Below, in pieces: positions 23,934 to 37,701 of a stretch of 64,000 nucleotides of DNA; the stretch's first letter is position 1, and each line of letters begins with the position of its first letter. Both the position numbers and the translations under genes were made by a program. Under the pieces are notes generated by a model. It made no database searches. It saw only the letters and a list, made by a program, of their open reading frames with translations, and was not told the DNA's origin. Where the stretch lies: NCBI RefSeq assembly GCF_001194135.2, contig NC_068981.1, positions 192,599,854 through 192,663,853 of the forward strand. The letters run 5' to 3'. Source of the DNA: Octopus bimaculoides (lineage: Eukaryota).

Positions 23934-26900
23934 CACACACACACATTATATATATATATATACATACATACATACACACACACACACACGTTGAGCTTGC
24001 TCCTACTAAATCCATTCACAAGGTATTATTAGTTGATCTTAGACTTATAGAAGATACTCGCTCAAGGTGTTAAGCAATGGGAATCAATCCAAAATCACAT
24101 GGTTGCAAAGCAAGCTTCTTAACTACACAGCCATACAAAACTTGTAATGTTCTTGTTTCAAATCATGGTTGAGCTCAACTGTTTTTCTTTCTTTTGGTTT
24201 TGGACAAGTTCATCTCTGTCATGATGGTTGAACAGACATGATAACGACGTAAGGTTCACTCTTTTAACGTTCACTTTTCCATGCCTGCATGAATTGAGCA
24301 GAGTTTGAGACAGATTTTTCTAGGGCTGAATGCCCTTCCTGTTATCAACCCTTGTTTGTAAGTAAGGTAATATTTCCCCTTGGACAGGCATGTTTTTACA
24401 GAATACTGCAAAATGAACGACAATTTGCAACGCGATGTCAAAACAAGGAGGCACAAACGTACGCACGCGCACATATCGATGATTGACTTGGAAACCAAAG
24501 CATGCAATCCAATCGCCAAGGTGAAGAGTGGGACAGTGGAAACTAAAAGCCCGTTGCTTGCGCGCGTATATATGTGTGTAAAGAATCCATTCTGTAAGGT
24601 GGTTGGTGTTAAGAAGGGCATCCAACAGTAAAAACCCTGCCAAAACAGAGTGAAGTCTGGTCTAGTCTTCTACTCAGCCAGCCCGACCCATGCCAGCATG
24701 GAAAATAGACATTAAATGAAGATGAAATATACATATATGCATGTGTGTGTGTGTGATGGGTTTCTTTCAGTTTCCATCTAGCAAATTCACTCACAAAGAC
24801 TTGTCGGCCTGAGGCTTTAATATTAGACACTTGCCCAAGGTGCCACGTAGTGGGAAGTGAGGCTGAGGCCGAAACTATGTGGTTAGGAGGGGAGGCAAAC
24901 TATCAAACCACAGACGCCACGCCAGTTAGGTGAACATGAAGTAGTTTGTGTGAGAAGTAGTGAAGATGCGAGGTGCTGCTGTATAAATATGGTAGACGGG
25001 GTGGGTGAGGTAAACCCAAGAATATTTAAGACAGGATGCTAGTAAACCACCAGAGGAAAGATGGCGATTGATGTTAAACGAACTTCAAACTATGAAGAAA
25101 ATTTGGCACTTTGTTATTTCACTACCCTTCCAAATGAAACAAAATAAATGATAAAGGTGTCTTTTTACGTACAGGGATATAATAAACATATTTGTAAAAT
25201 AATATTTTGCTAGTGGATCGGCCAAATTACGCACCATTCAATAAGATATATCGAAACAAATCTCTGTGTCCCACAAGTTTTCAATATAGTTTCTTTGTAG
25301 CCTGATTCACAACTTAAATAGAAGGATTCAAACATAAAAAGAATTATAAACAATATGTAGGGTATTTTACAAAGCCATTACTTAATAAAAATAATACATT
25401 ATGGTGGTATACGTTTCTTCAAGTCAAACGAAGAAGCGCCTAAATTGTTACATCATTTGTGGGTCTTACTCGAAATAGACTTTTCGTTCTCACTACAAAC
25501 CAATTTACCCCAAATTTGAACGACACACATTGAGAGAGACCTACATACATATGTGTGTGTGATATTAGTATGACTTACTGATCATCATCCAATCTACAAC
25601 AGTTCTATGTATATTATCACGTAGATTCTGATTAAACGCAATTTGGGGGATATATTTGATAATTGATTCTCAATTAAAAAGACATTTTGTTTAAACGTTT
25701 AACCCCCACCCCATACTTTAACATATTTAATGGACATCAATGCATCACGGTCTACATTTTAGTTCAACCTGATACATAATCAATATTGATTGTTGACGAA
25801 ACATTTATAGAAATAGATTGAATCGGTGGCCCCATATTTATCTAATTACATTGACTCCAGCTGGATTTGAAGTCAGATGACTATAGAATTTACTAAAATT
25901 CACAATGAAGTGTTATTAATCTACAGATTTTTTCAATCATTTGATCTTTAAAATATAAAAACCATGGATTAAATGAATGAAAATATTTCTCTCAAAAGAT
26001 ATTTTCTCCACTCAGGATTGTAAGCAATCATCAAATTCCGTCAAATATCTTCAATGTAACCAAAGTCAAACACTATTACAAAGAAACAATAGTTGAGTAA
26101 TTCCTCAACCGTTAATGTGGGATTAATTACATCACCGACGACTTGATATCAACCCTAACATTTGCTTAAAATACATTCGAAATTTCTTGAACAGCATATA
26201 CAAAATATACATGAAAATATATCGATTATATTTATGGTTAAGATGACGGAAAAACTAAAGGTTAATATGATAGGCTAAGGAATCATCTATCGGTTGTTTA
26301 TGAGCAGTGACTGATGTTTTGACGATGTTTCTAGAATTGTAGAAGAGAAATAGGCATTATGGAGGTTGTCGCAAAAGAATCAAGGAAATATAGGAAATTA
26401 CTAAATTACCATAAAAATAAACTATATTGTGATTGTTGCAAATATATCTTTGCAAAAATTTCCCAATATCAATCGGTTCTACTATGATTTGAATTGAGTG
26501 ATTATTTTAATGTATAAAAGCGAAACATGTGTTTAATGTTCCTGGTTAGCCAACACGTGTTGTTTATTAGGATATCTAAATCAACATTGACAATAAATTA
26601 CTAATTGTTGTGATCAAAATGACACAAATTAATAGGAATTCACATTTATAAGATTGTCAATAAAACAATTTGCTGTGGCTTTCAACTTCCACGACTGTCT
26701 GATGAGGTTTCTAGAAATACATCGCACTATATACAGCTATTTGTATTTAAGCAAATGAAAACCCTAGTAACCATGTTATGTTATAAATATATTTTCTCGT
26801 TCGGTTTGATGCACTGACTGCTTACACAGGTGTACAAGACATTACATTGATGGTTTTCTGGTAGTTAAGTGAGCTGGTGTAATCACAACAACGTAGAATT

Positions 26901-27206
26901 GGTCCCGCGACGAACAACGGCAGACAGAAGAGACACTTGTAAAACAAAAGATTCTACACATGATGATCATTAATATAGCAGTTGACTTCTTAAAAACATA
27001 TTGAAGATTGGAATATTAACGGAATGTCTTTTTTTTTTCTTACTCAATTTAAAATCTGAGATTTTCTCTCAAAGGAAATTTCTTTCGGTTTAAGTAAAGT
27101 TTTCACCACCTTAGCACACGTTTGAGTGTACTGACTTAAGAACCATTAGAAACAAAAATACTGCACATGTCTAACCGTCCCAATTGAGGAGGTAGGTACA
27201 ACTTAC

Positions 27207-27314
27207 ATGATAGACTCCTCTTAAATGGCCTCGAAATTCCACACAATCGAAATAATTGTAATAATGCTCCACAAATTTCTCTGCAATCGCTGTATAACTG
27301 CCTGGGAAGGCCAT
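27207..27314 (-). CDS. NUTF2: Nuclear transport factor 2 family protein, coding exon 1 of 4 (MAFPGSYTAIAEKFVEHYYNYFDCVEFRGHLRGVYH)
   Basis: ATG in aaagATGG context; 108 nt ending at a phase-0 GTAAGT donor. Translation aligns in register with the NTF2 N-terminus (I10, F14, H17-Y18-Y19, F22-D23). Confidence 0.93.
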
Positions 27315-27489
27315 CTTTGTTGGGATTCTCTGGCCAAAACAGAGGGATTTAGAGGGACCAGGTGCAAAAAATAGACGACAGGTAAATTTTTAAAAATCTT
27401 GTAGAGATCTTATGTAAAAAAAAAAGCTGCAAAGATACAATGTTGCAAGAAATACTGAGATTTTGTTTAGAGAAAATATTTCACACTCC

Positions 27490-27540
27490 TCAAAATGGCG
27501 GGAGTGATAAAGTACGCAAGTGCGCATGTCAGTGATAAGG
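27490..27540 (-). promoter_or_regulatory. Putative NTF2 proximal promoter
   Basis: About 180 nt upstream of the ATG: YY1-type CCGCCATTTT on the minus strand, TGCGCATG (NRF1-like half site), and two GTGATAA direct repeats, all in a repeat-free zone. Confidence 0.5.
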
Positions 27541-29039
27541 ACTATCGAATAAGCAACATTTTAATTGGTTAATAGTAACATCTAACTTTGTCAACTGTTG
27601 AAAAGTTTTTTCTACTTCTATATTACAAAATACTAAATTAACTCTATTGAAACCAAACACTTCAAGATTTGTAGATTTTAAAAAAATATATTTTTAATGT
27701 AAAAATGTTTCTAGCTGAAAGTAAATTCTTCAAACTAAGAGTATTCAGTTTTTCTTTTATCTAAATATAATTGTAATGCTACTTTTAGAAAATAAAGCAT
27801 ATAAAACTATAGTTTAAACCTATAACTGCTTATTATTACCATCTGAAATGAATCAAAAATAAATCCAAATTGCCAGTTAAATAACAAAAAAGTAAAAAAT
27901 AAAATCGATGAAGTCCAAGAAAGACAACTCCGCTAACACATAAGAAATGGTTTAACAATTGATGCTAATTTGTTTTTCGTAGTTACTAATTATTTACAAA
28001 TCTGTTCAGTCGTAAACAATATTAATTAAAATCACTATCTATTAATCTAATAACTATTAATCATTTCAGGGATTATCTCTCCTGGATGAAATACCAGCCC
28101 TTAACCCTTTGGCGTCATGTTTTCTCTTCTTCTCTACTGATGAGTATATTTTGTGCCTTCAGATTTTCGATATTTATAGTGCTTCACGTGTGTATATATG
28201 TGTTGTTTTTTAACCTACACCAGCTCTAATTATGATGAAAGCGTTTCTACCCTGACCATCTCATCTGTTTTCAGACGATGCATCCAAGACTAATTCATCA
28301 AATATTTTTTCTTGAAAATGGTAAGGTATGGTTTGAGAGGAATTACATGGATTTCTTATACGTTGACAGACTTTTATAGAGGCTCTTTCGTGCTTGTTTG
28401 TGTTGTTAATATGAATACTCTATAACAATTGTGTCCAAGAAAACAACACCAATGTCTCTTTTTTTATTCAAAGATGAACAAGAGTCAAAACGTTAGATTA
28501 TTGACTCATCAAAACAACATCATGAACCGTAAATAGACTCATGATTGCCAAACAATCTTCTAGGTTACAGCAAAGACTCAAAAGATCCTGCCAAGGAGAC
28601 CTCATCATCATCACCATTTAATGTCCGTGTTCCATGCTAGCATGCGTTGGAGGGTTTCACAGGATCCGGTGAACTAGAAGGCGGCACTACACTCATGTCA
28701 GCATTTATTTATTCATTTATCAGTTTCAGCTCAAAGTTTGGCCATGCAGGGACGCCACCGTTTTTCTTGAAAACGGTGAAAATTGGTAAGGTTTTTACAG
28801 CTGGATGCTCTTCCTAACACCAGACACTTTATAGAGTATGCCGGGTGATTTTTTTGTGTGTGTGTGGTACCAGTATTAGTGAGGTCACCAAACTCTCAAG
28901 ACAAGACTCCTCGACAGTGTGGGAATGCAATATTGAGGGAGGTAGGTCTTTGTGCCATTGGAGGGTCGAGCACAAGTGTCTAACTATCGAGGAAATACAT
29001 GGCTGTCCAAGCAAGTAAGAGAGAAAGAATGGTGTCAGG

Positions 29040-29335
29040 GTGTTGTTGTTGGCACTCCGTCGCTTACGACGTCGAGGGTTCCAGTTGATCCGATCAACGG
29101 AACAGCCTGCTCATGAAATTAACGTGCAAGTGGCTGAGCACTCCACAGACACGTGTACCCTTAACGTAGTTCTCGGGGATATTCAGCGTGACACAGTGTG
29201 ACAAGGCTGACCCTTTGAATTACAGGCTCAACAGAAACAGGAAGTAAGAGTGAGAGAAAGTTGTGGTGAAAGAGTACAGCAAGGTTCGCCACCATCCCCT
29301 GCCGGAGCCTCGTGGAGCTTTAGGTGTTTTCGCTT
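29040..29335 (+). mobile_element. SINE-like repeat (family D)
   Basis: GATCCGATCAACGGAACAGCCTGCTC...GTGGCTGAGCACTCCACAGACACGTGTACCCTTAA; second copy at 30860-31010 and a partial minus copy at about 53820-53890. Confidence 0.7.
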
Positions 29336-29989
29336 AAGGTATAAGAAGGTGAACGAAAGAGAACAGAGACTGAGATAACTATGATAAACAGAAGCTGGTT
29401 CTGAACTTAGACACAATAGACACCTCACTGAACTTGCTGTTATTCATTATCTTGCTGACAGCATCTCTGTATTTGGTAGAGTCATTATGCTGAAACAAAG
29501 TAGCATCTCCGAACATTGTTTGAAAGCCATTTGTTGACACCTAATTTATCTAGCACAATCAGCATGGTGCCCTATCAAAAGCTTTCTCCAGATCAACAAA
29601 TGCAAGATATGGCTTACACTTTGCTAAAATCTTTAGCTGTCTCACTATGATGAGGGCATCTCTGATGCTCTCTTCTGACTTAAAACCAAACTGTATCTCG
29701 TCTAAAACTAATTTTCTTTCTAATTAGTTGTGCAGTTTTGTTTCATCGCAGAACAGAGCTCCACAGATGCCCTCTTCCTAATGCTGCAACTGGAGAAGCT
29801 CTTAGCGAAGGGTAAGCCACTATATTTTGCATTTGCTAACCTGCCATGCCTGCCTAGCTGGGCAGATCTTTAGTATTGGACATCACCAATCACCTTGGTC
29901 CTTTATCCAGTGTGCTCTTTCTTCTTTAAGGTGAGATGTGAGTTGAGGATATGGCTGCTATTTCTAGCAGGTTCAGTGTCTATGTACAG

Positions 29990-30233
29990 CTGGGGTTCTC
30001 AACCATTTTTTACTTATGGACCCCTTTGAATCCTATTTTACTTGGATGGACCCTCAGAGCTATTTGATGTTTAAAACGTCCTGTTATATTTTATCATTAA
30101 ATATTATTAGGAATTGTATAAAAGAATTGTTAAAATATTCAGTGTGTTGTAGAAGTGTACATAACCAATATATTGTGCATAAATTTTAATGACAAAATAT
30201 CTGGATCCCCAAGGGACATATTGAGAACCACCA
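29990..30233. mobile_element. hAT (Charlie-like) MITE
   Basis: Termini C.GGGGTTCTCAA / TTGAGAACCA; 8-bp TSD ATGTACAG (29982-29989) / ATGTAGAG (30234-30241). Confidence 0.65.
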
Positions 30234-31645
30234 ATGTAGAGATTACCTCCTTAGTTTGTTTCTAATACATTTTGTCATATAAACTTGATCTAAACCTTTT
30301 GCCAAACTTAAACTACAAGACTGTTAATGACATTAACACTATCATGTGAATGTGTTAACAATGTCAGACAGGAATAAATGTCATGTTCTATTCAGATAAC
30401 CAGTTGTTATTGTTGAGTTGCCCCAGATCAGCTTGGAACAAGTAAACCTATGTATATGGCTAAGTGACTAGGTACCATCCAAAGCTCTGGATATGCCATA
30501 CTTCTGCCTAGTTGAGGACCACACTGCACATTCGTTGTCATTGTCGCCACCGTCATTTAATGTCCATGTTCGATGTTGGCATGAGTTGGATGAATTGACA
30601 GGATCCACCAAGACTGCAACATGTTCCAGGGTCTACTTTGACACTGTTACTATGGCCGGATGTCCTTCATAATACCAACCACTTTACAGTGTGTACAGTG
30701 TAGTTTTTTCATGCCACTGGTACAGTTGAGGTTCCATGTAGCTGGCAACCCAGAGAGAAGAAGCTTTATGCTAAGATGTGAAGAATTAAAGTATGAAGGA
30801 AGGGGCCAGAGCAGAACAAGTTTAAAACTGGTACTCTGTTGATTATGGCAATGAGGATTCTAGGTGATCCGATCAACGGAACAGCCTGCTCGTGAAATCA
30901 ACATGCAAGTGGCTGAGCACTCCACAGACACGTGTACCCTTAATGTAATTTTCAGGGAGATTCAGCATGATACAGAATGTAATGAGGCTGACCCTTTGAA
31001 TTACTGTTACAACTCATTTTTGCTAGCTGAGTGGACTGAAGCAATGTGAAATAAAGTAGCTTGCTCAAGGACAATGGACCAACAAATGAAACTCACAACC
31101 GAGAACTGAACAGCCTAATCAGTAACGTTGCCAGCACAGGTTTATTGCTGTAGTGGAGCCGCATAGCTTACTCACATTTTAGAGGTTGAAGTGGTTGGGG
31201 TGCATCTGGGAAGAGATAAAAGTAGTGGTGATGAGGTGTCTGTCGACTCTCAAAGGACGAGGTGAGTAAAAGTAAATGGGGGGGGGGAAGAACTGGGAGT
31301 ATGGGAGGGTAGAGACAGCCAGAGTGTATGGGAGAGTGAGAGATGGGGAATGGATGAGGAGATGGGTGTAATGAACAAATATTGAGTGGATGGTAAATAG
31401 GAAAGAGTAGGTGACAACAACAGAGCTTGGATAAGGTTGAGGGGGTGAATGGTGTAATGTCAGTCTGGGCATGTAGTTTTTCCCTCTGTCCAGTTTATTT
31501 CTGGTATGTTGGTAGATAATTGTTGTGGCCAGAGTAGAACTGGATCAAGTGTATTTACTCATAATGAAACTGTTGTTATAAATCTGCCCTTATCATTCAG
31601 TGTGCACATCATGACACATCGTTTAGGACAAACCACACTAATGAT

Positions 31646-32415
31646 GGGCGGAGGTAAAGGACATGGATCGCACCCCCCCCCACACACACACCTTTCGGTT
31701 TTCTTTTTTTTTACAGAAACTCACCTTTTCCACTGCAGATATTTNNNNNNNNNNNNNNNNNNNNNNNNNNNNNNNNAAAAAAAAAAAAAAAAATCGGTAT
31801 TTCAAAATTTTACTCCCCCCCCCACCAATTTTTCACATTTCTTAGAAATTTTTGTTGGCTAAATACGTAGAAAAATATGATTCTGATAAAAAAAAATTTG
31901 TAAAATTTCAATTTTTCAAAAATATAAATAAACACCCCTCCTTTCCTACTAAAATAGCAGACGTAAAAAGTATCTAAATAGAAAACTCGACATGCTAGAA
32001 ACAGCAGCTAAACGACGAATCACGTATTCAAAATTTTAATTTCCCCCACCCCCTTTTTTTTTCTTTGCCAGAGGAGTGGAGAGGGGGGAAATTAAAATTT
32101 TGAAAACGCGTTTTTGGCGTTTTCAAAATCTTCAAGTTTTTAAGTACGCTCCAACCGGAAAGTCCGACAAGCTAGAAACAACAGCCAAACCGAAGATCCA
32201 CTTTCTAAATTCGAATTACCAAAAAGAAAATATTTTTAAAAATGTCATTTAGTTGTCGTGTGTGTGTGTGTGTGCAAAAAAAGTAATTTTTGAAATGCCG
32301 ATTTTTTTTTGCACATTCAGAATCTTCGCAGCCGAAAAGGTGGGTTTCTGTAGAAAAAAACCCCCAAAAGAAGAAAACCGAAAGGGGGTGCGGTCCATGT
32401 CCTTTACCTCCGCCC
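31646..32415. mobile_element. Foldback-type non-autonomous DNA transposon with long TIRs
   Basis: GGGCGGAGGTAAAGGACATGGA.CGCACCCC... inverted at both ends, extending about 150-180 bp. Internal hairpin at about 32020-32110 and internal GCTAGAAACA.CAGC.AAAC repeats. Degenerate flanks TAATGAT/TAATGGC; N gap at 31745-31776. Confidence 0.8.
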
Positions 32416-32900
32416 TAATGGCGGTACCCAGACAAAACTGGCAAAATCCACGATGGATTGAATGTATTGTTTGTATATTAATCTTTGTGTTGACCAAATG
32501 TGGTGCTTATGAATACTCAAAGTATGTTTTGTCTTCTTCATGTGCCGTAAATGTAACAATGTTGTCTGTAATTCCTCCTCATGTATTGTGTATTTCATAA
32601 AAGTGTATATAACACCTACATGTGTTGTTGTTGTCTTTTCTCTCTGTTTGTTCGTAGCTGTGATGGTTTATTGCAGTTTATGAATAAAAAGAGCAAAATG
32701 GTAGAATTGTTTAAGAAACAGGTTTTTATGTGGCTGATGAGGGAATTGGTATACTGAAGCAGCTGTGAATGAGGATGACCAATAAGATGTGGCTGTCATT
32801 TCGTCTAAATATGAGGCTGTATACATGTTTTGATGAGATGTTGGGGACGTCATCTAGATACAGAATTAAAAAAAAAAGTGGGACAGATGACTTGGAGGGA
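32416..32900 (-). mobile_element. Old LINE remnant (I/Jockey/CR1-like RT C-terminus) interrupted by the foldback element
   Basis: Minus frame RLIYKQYIQSIVDFASFVW resembles the L.LYK..IR..LDYAS.VW thumb motif; otherwise highly decayed. Confidence 0.4.
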
Positions 32901-34299
32901 ATTGAAGATTTTCGATGTGTTTTTGTTTTATGCTACGCAAGTTTGTAAACTTGATCAATTTGAGATGCTTAGTTAAGTAGGAGACAGGCTAAAAGGCTTA
33001 AGGTAATGAATTTCCACCCACCCACCTCATTCTATTGTAATAAACTAAAATGATATCCATATTGAAAAGAGAAATTGTTAATGAAAATTCTATGTAAAGG
33101 GAGACAACTTTGAAATTCAAATCGTAAAAAATTGAAAGCAGTATAATTTCTAGCTAACTTGTCATTTTATGGTTGCTCATATTGCTAGAAATAGGAGTCA
33201 AAAATTTACTAAACTTTACTCAACCGTTAAAAAAAAAAATTGATGAATTTACTTGATAACTTAGCTCTAGATATAACATTGGTTTTGTTGAATTGATGTT
33301 TTTCATTTTCTTTCGCTTTTTCTATTTTTTTTTACCCAGTTTTGGATTTATATTTTTAATGTTGTTTTATATTATATATGTATCATATACATATGTGTTA
33401 TATCCCAATAAAAGTCAACTAAGAATATTGGTTCCAAATTTTAGCATAAGGCCAGTATTTCGTGGGGAGGGGCTAAGTTGATTACACTGACCCCTGTGCT
33501 CAGCCAGTATTTATTTTATCAACCTCAAAAAGATAAAAGGCAAAGTCGACTTCAGCAGAATTTGAACGCAGAACACGAAGATGAAATGCTGCTGAGCATT
33601 TTGTCCAGTGTAATAATGGTTCTGCCAGTTCACTAGATAATAATATACTAGAAAAAAAGGAAGGAATGATTACAAGAAAGCTGACTTCCTAAAGCAACCA
33701 ACTGTAGATTAATACCGGTGTTGTTGTTAAAGTCATCTCTTATTGAACAGATATATGTAGGGGCAGTCATGTTGGGATCTATCTCGTGGATAGATATCTC
33801 TACTTCATCATTATCACCAACATCATCATTTAACATCTGTTTTCCGTGCTGGCATGGGTTGGATGGTTTGACAGGAACTGATAAGGCGTAGTGAAAAGAG
33901 GTTTGCTTTCCAACCACATGGTTCTGGGATCAGTCCCACTGCATGGCACCTTGGGCAAGTGTCTATTACTATAGCCTTGTGGGTGGATTTGCTAGATAGA
34001 AACTAAAAGAAGCCCATCGTGTGTGCATATATATATATATATATATATCATCATCATCATCATTGTTTAACGTCCGCTTTCCATGCTGGCATGCTAACAG
34101 TTCTGAAATATTGAGGAAAATTATAGACATTAGGAATTAAGTTAACTTAAAGTGAAGATCATCATCATTTTATATTAATTTTTTCGATTCTTGCATGATT
34201 GGGATGAGTAAATATGATGAGTGATGAAGTAAGGAGCTGCAGCTGTGACCTTTGAAGGGGCTTTGAAGTGCCTGAGATATTAGCAGGGTCTTCAGACTG

Positions 34300-34560
34300 A
34301 TAACGTTGATGTAACATTTCTTAGAGATGTTCTTTTTGAATACCTGTAGGAAAAACTTTCATTGAGAGGGAATTCCAGACGATAGAGGGGAAGAAGGATT
34401 GAGTACGGTGATTAATGGCTGTAAGAGTTAGGGGGGAACACAGTTGATGAGAAGAAAAAGTGTTTAAAGTGGTGGTAGTGTGGCAGTATGAAATAAACTA
34501 ACTCTGAGGACAAGGAGGCTATTGTAGCTTCAGAATGAAGTGACATTGTCTCTGTTGGTC
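34300..34560 (-). mobile_element. CR1/L2-like LINE 3' remnant
   Basis: Minus-strand SSEL and SFFPSIVWNSLSMKVFP fit the SFFP...WNSLP..VFP C-terminal motif. Confidence 0.5.
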
Positions 34561-36851
34561 AGGCAGTGTAATGTATTAGTATGTGAATCCTTTATTTGAG
34601 TAGCTTTCTCTTGAATACAATAATACAATGTCAGGTTGGTACTTTTGTACCATTCCAAACATCTATCTATATATGATGTGTGTCAGTATGTATGCGTGCT
34701 CACCAATTTTTTTCCCCACATTAAATTCCAATATAATCGTAATCTACATCAACCAAAGAATATTTATAGAAAATTTCATTAAAAAATACCCGTTTTTCTG
34801 AGAGTTACGAGGAAACAACGTCGAGGCATGAAGCACACTCGTATAAGTATACTGAAATGGGAAACTCATAAAAGAATCGAAAGAAGAGAAGTAGTGGCCT
34901 TGATTGGAAATGAGAGATGGCTGTCTATAAAATGTTATTACCAAGTTTTTCAATATCAATGTTGTTGATGCAACCCAGTAGCTGTCCAGAATTCCAGTGT
35001 TTAACTGTGAAAGGATAATAAAGTAATTGAAGGCTGAAGGAATAAGGGTTAGATGAGTGGAGATGAAGGAGAAGGAAAGAAATGGGGTTTGGGTTGGGTA
35101 GAATGTGAAAAAGCATTCTTTGAATTACTTATTTTCACTATATTGTATCAGGGCCGTTATTTTTTCTTTCTTTTTCCACCTTCTCAAATTATCATTTCCT
35201 TTTTTCTTTTCAAATCGATACTAACGGTTTCCTCGCCGAAATTTCTATTCCGTTTTTTTTTTTTTTTTTTTTCTAAAAAGGAACGAAAATATGATTCACA
35301 ACGGACGCTCATAAAATTAAAAGAAAAAAAAAAGACGAAAGCAAACATGCTCTTGTACAGAAGTAAATTAAAAATAAAAAAAGAATTCAGGTCCTAACAG
35401 TAAATAAAAATCAAAACCACAGCGTACTTCCGAGTAAAATTGATGTGATAAACTAGAGCACGAAGAATGAAGCGTTGACTAGACGTGGAAAAGCAGACAT
35501 ATAGAGTAAGAAAGAGAAAGGGGAAAGAACAGTAATAAGAGGAAGGTGAGAAGAGATAGAGACAGATAGGGTATGGAGAGTCATTATATTGCCATTTTCT
35601 ATGCTCGCTGGTGTTACAAGATCTAAATGTAAAGCGACCTCACAAACCGAAAAGTGAGACGTTGAAATAAGATCTTGGTTTGTTATTGTGAATATCGAGG
35701 AAAATGAGTCAACAAACGGTGGTGCTTTACCGTTATTTAATAGATTGTAAAATCTTCATGAATGTAAGTATGCATGAAGAATAGTGGTCTTGCATCACAG
35801 TTTATGTCTAAAAATATATTTTTTGGCAGGATTACAAGAAAATAAGATGGTAAATTGAACAGAAAATATAATGAAATGTGAGTACAATGAACTGTTTCAG
35901 TCCGTCTAATGGTTACACAGTTTGCAAGAGATGTAAGTGGGACAGCCAATAACATAATTATATCCAAGTTTACCTTGGATCAAATTGCGAAGAGATTGCT
36001 CATGCCAAGCTGTTGAATTCGAACGTGAACATTATAAACATCACAGCGTCTCAACAAATGTTCAAATATATTCTAGACGTTTACCTGCAGAAATTTAGAA
36101 TATTTTGACAAACCAACGAATGAACTCCTATACGGTTTCCTGACCTGCTAGAAACAGTAGCAAAAGCTTTCAAATCACTTCCATTACCTTAAAAGACGGA
36201 AAGACTCAATAGATTATTGTAGTTTCTCATGTGTAAGAATAAAAGACGATCACAGCTAAAACACCTTTGTCCGGAGCTGGTCAACAACAAAGTTATCCTG
36301 GGAATCTCTGTCATGCATTTTGAATTAGTTTTGGGGCCCTTATTCCATTAACGTCGACATTAAATCTAAATCTCATTTACTTACCAAATACGTTTGTCCT
36401 TTCTACTGGTACAACAGAGGCTTATTGTTTAAATTTATTCTATGTCGCCCTCACGAAAACCTAAATGCATTGCTTTTCTTTCCTCAAATTACACTGGATT
36501 AGTTTCTACATTCATGTTCCTTTTAGATCGCACTCATATGTCAAGAGATTTAACATTGTCCTGTATTTGTAATCAATTTGAATTGTTATTTATTTATTTT
36601 TTGTAGTAAATGAGTTGTTTATTCTTTATTTTAATAAATAACATATAAACATGTACATCTTTTAGAACATTGTCATTTTATAAGATTTTGCTGGTAAATT
36701 CTTAAATTAATGTAAACATTTATTTACATGAAATAAAATTACCGGAGAACTTTCTTCTAATCCTTCCAAATCTCTCTGCTAAAACTGTATTGTGGGACAG
36801 AAAGAGAAACATAAAATAAAATAATGCTGTACCAATCGCACGCCACAAGGT

Positions 36852-37528
36852 TTAACGGAACCCATTGAAGTAAGCCAGCACGCTCGCAGCATTACCACGG
36901 GCGACGGCGAGGCTAAGACGTTGGGAGAACCGAGCGCCCTCACGGGCCTCACCTGACACCTCGATAAGGCGAGCTGACAACGATGACAAGAACTTTGTGG
37001 TTAGTGGCCCAGTCCCTCCGAACGTCTCAAACGTGACAGGCTAGAAGAGATAGTTCACTGTCAGGTCCCGATACTTCACGGTTTTCTTCCGTTCGCTTAT
37101 GGAAGCAGTGACCCTCCCATTAACTGCAGCATCCAGGATGTGGGAGAGAGCAAAAGAGTCGAAGACTGTAGCGCCCCAATTCAGGCACCTACCTCTAACC
37201 CAGTGACAGAGAGTAACATCATCTGGTCTCTTTCCATCACTTCTGGATAACCCCGACGGCTCCAGAACTGAGGGGATATTAATCCGAGCCAGGGCCCGCT
37301 TAATGATGAGGTTTAACTCGGTGTGATGAGCGAAGCGACCAGCATTTAGGCAGCAAGACAGACCGTGAAGACTTGTGGGGTCCAGGGGCCTACTACAGTG
37401 GTATTTCAGTCCCCTACAGACGTCAGCTCTCATTTTGAGTGCGATAGAGATGCGGGGTTCAATCTAGACTGAGTAGATCCCCCACCCCAATGTTAGCTAC
37501 AGGCAGGACATCAATTCAGTACTCCGAG
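36852..37528 (-). mobile_element. CRE-clade non-LTR retrotransposon 3' fragment (zinc knuckle plus restriction-like endonuclease)
   Basis: C..S..LDPT.LHGLSC knuckle, LEPSGLSRSDGKRPD, KKTVKYRDL, PVTFETFGGTGP, QRLSLAVARGNAASVL to the stop at 36852; one in-frame TAG. Confidence 0.85.
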
Positions 37529-37701
37529 AATTTTGCACTCGCTTGAAAGTAAGCGACACCTTGAAAATTGATCAGACTGATCAAGGAGAGAGTTGAAGGT
37601 GGCACCTAAACGACGATTGTCCCATACTCTCTGTTTCCATACTCACTTGATCATGGATAATAAACTTGATCCTTGCCAACAGAGCAAATATATAATTGCT
37701 A

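Noticed and set aside
26695-26725. CTGATGA...GAAA hammerhead-like string
   Set aside because: No stem II closing pair and no stem I/III; a chance match.
25200-27130. Several minus-strand segments in NTF2 intron 1 with splice-like ends and NTF2-like words (27044-27130 ending in TGA, KTINVMSCTP, QIWGKL, HRDLFRY, DIGKFLQRY). These briefly suggested a pseudogene or stop codons repaired by A-to-I editing.
   Set aside because: The true exons 2-4 were found at 16019, 13588 and 10488 with far better similarity and correct phases. The intronic matches are short, mutually inconsistent in frame and need implausibly small introns, so they are chance matches.
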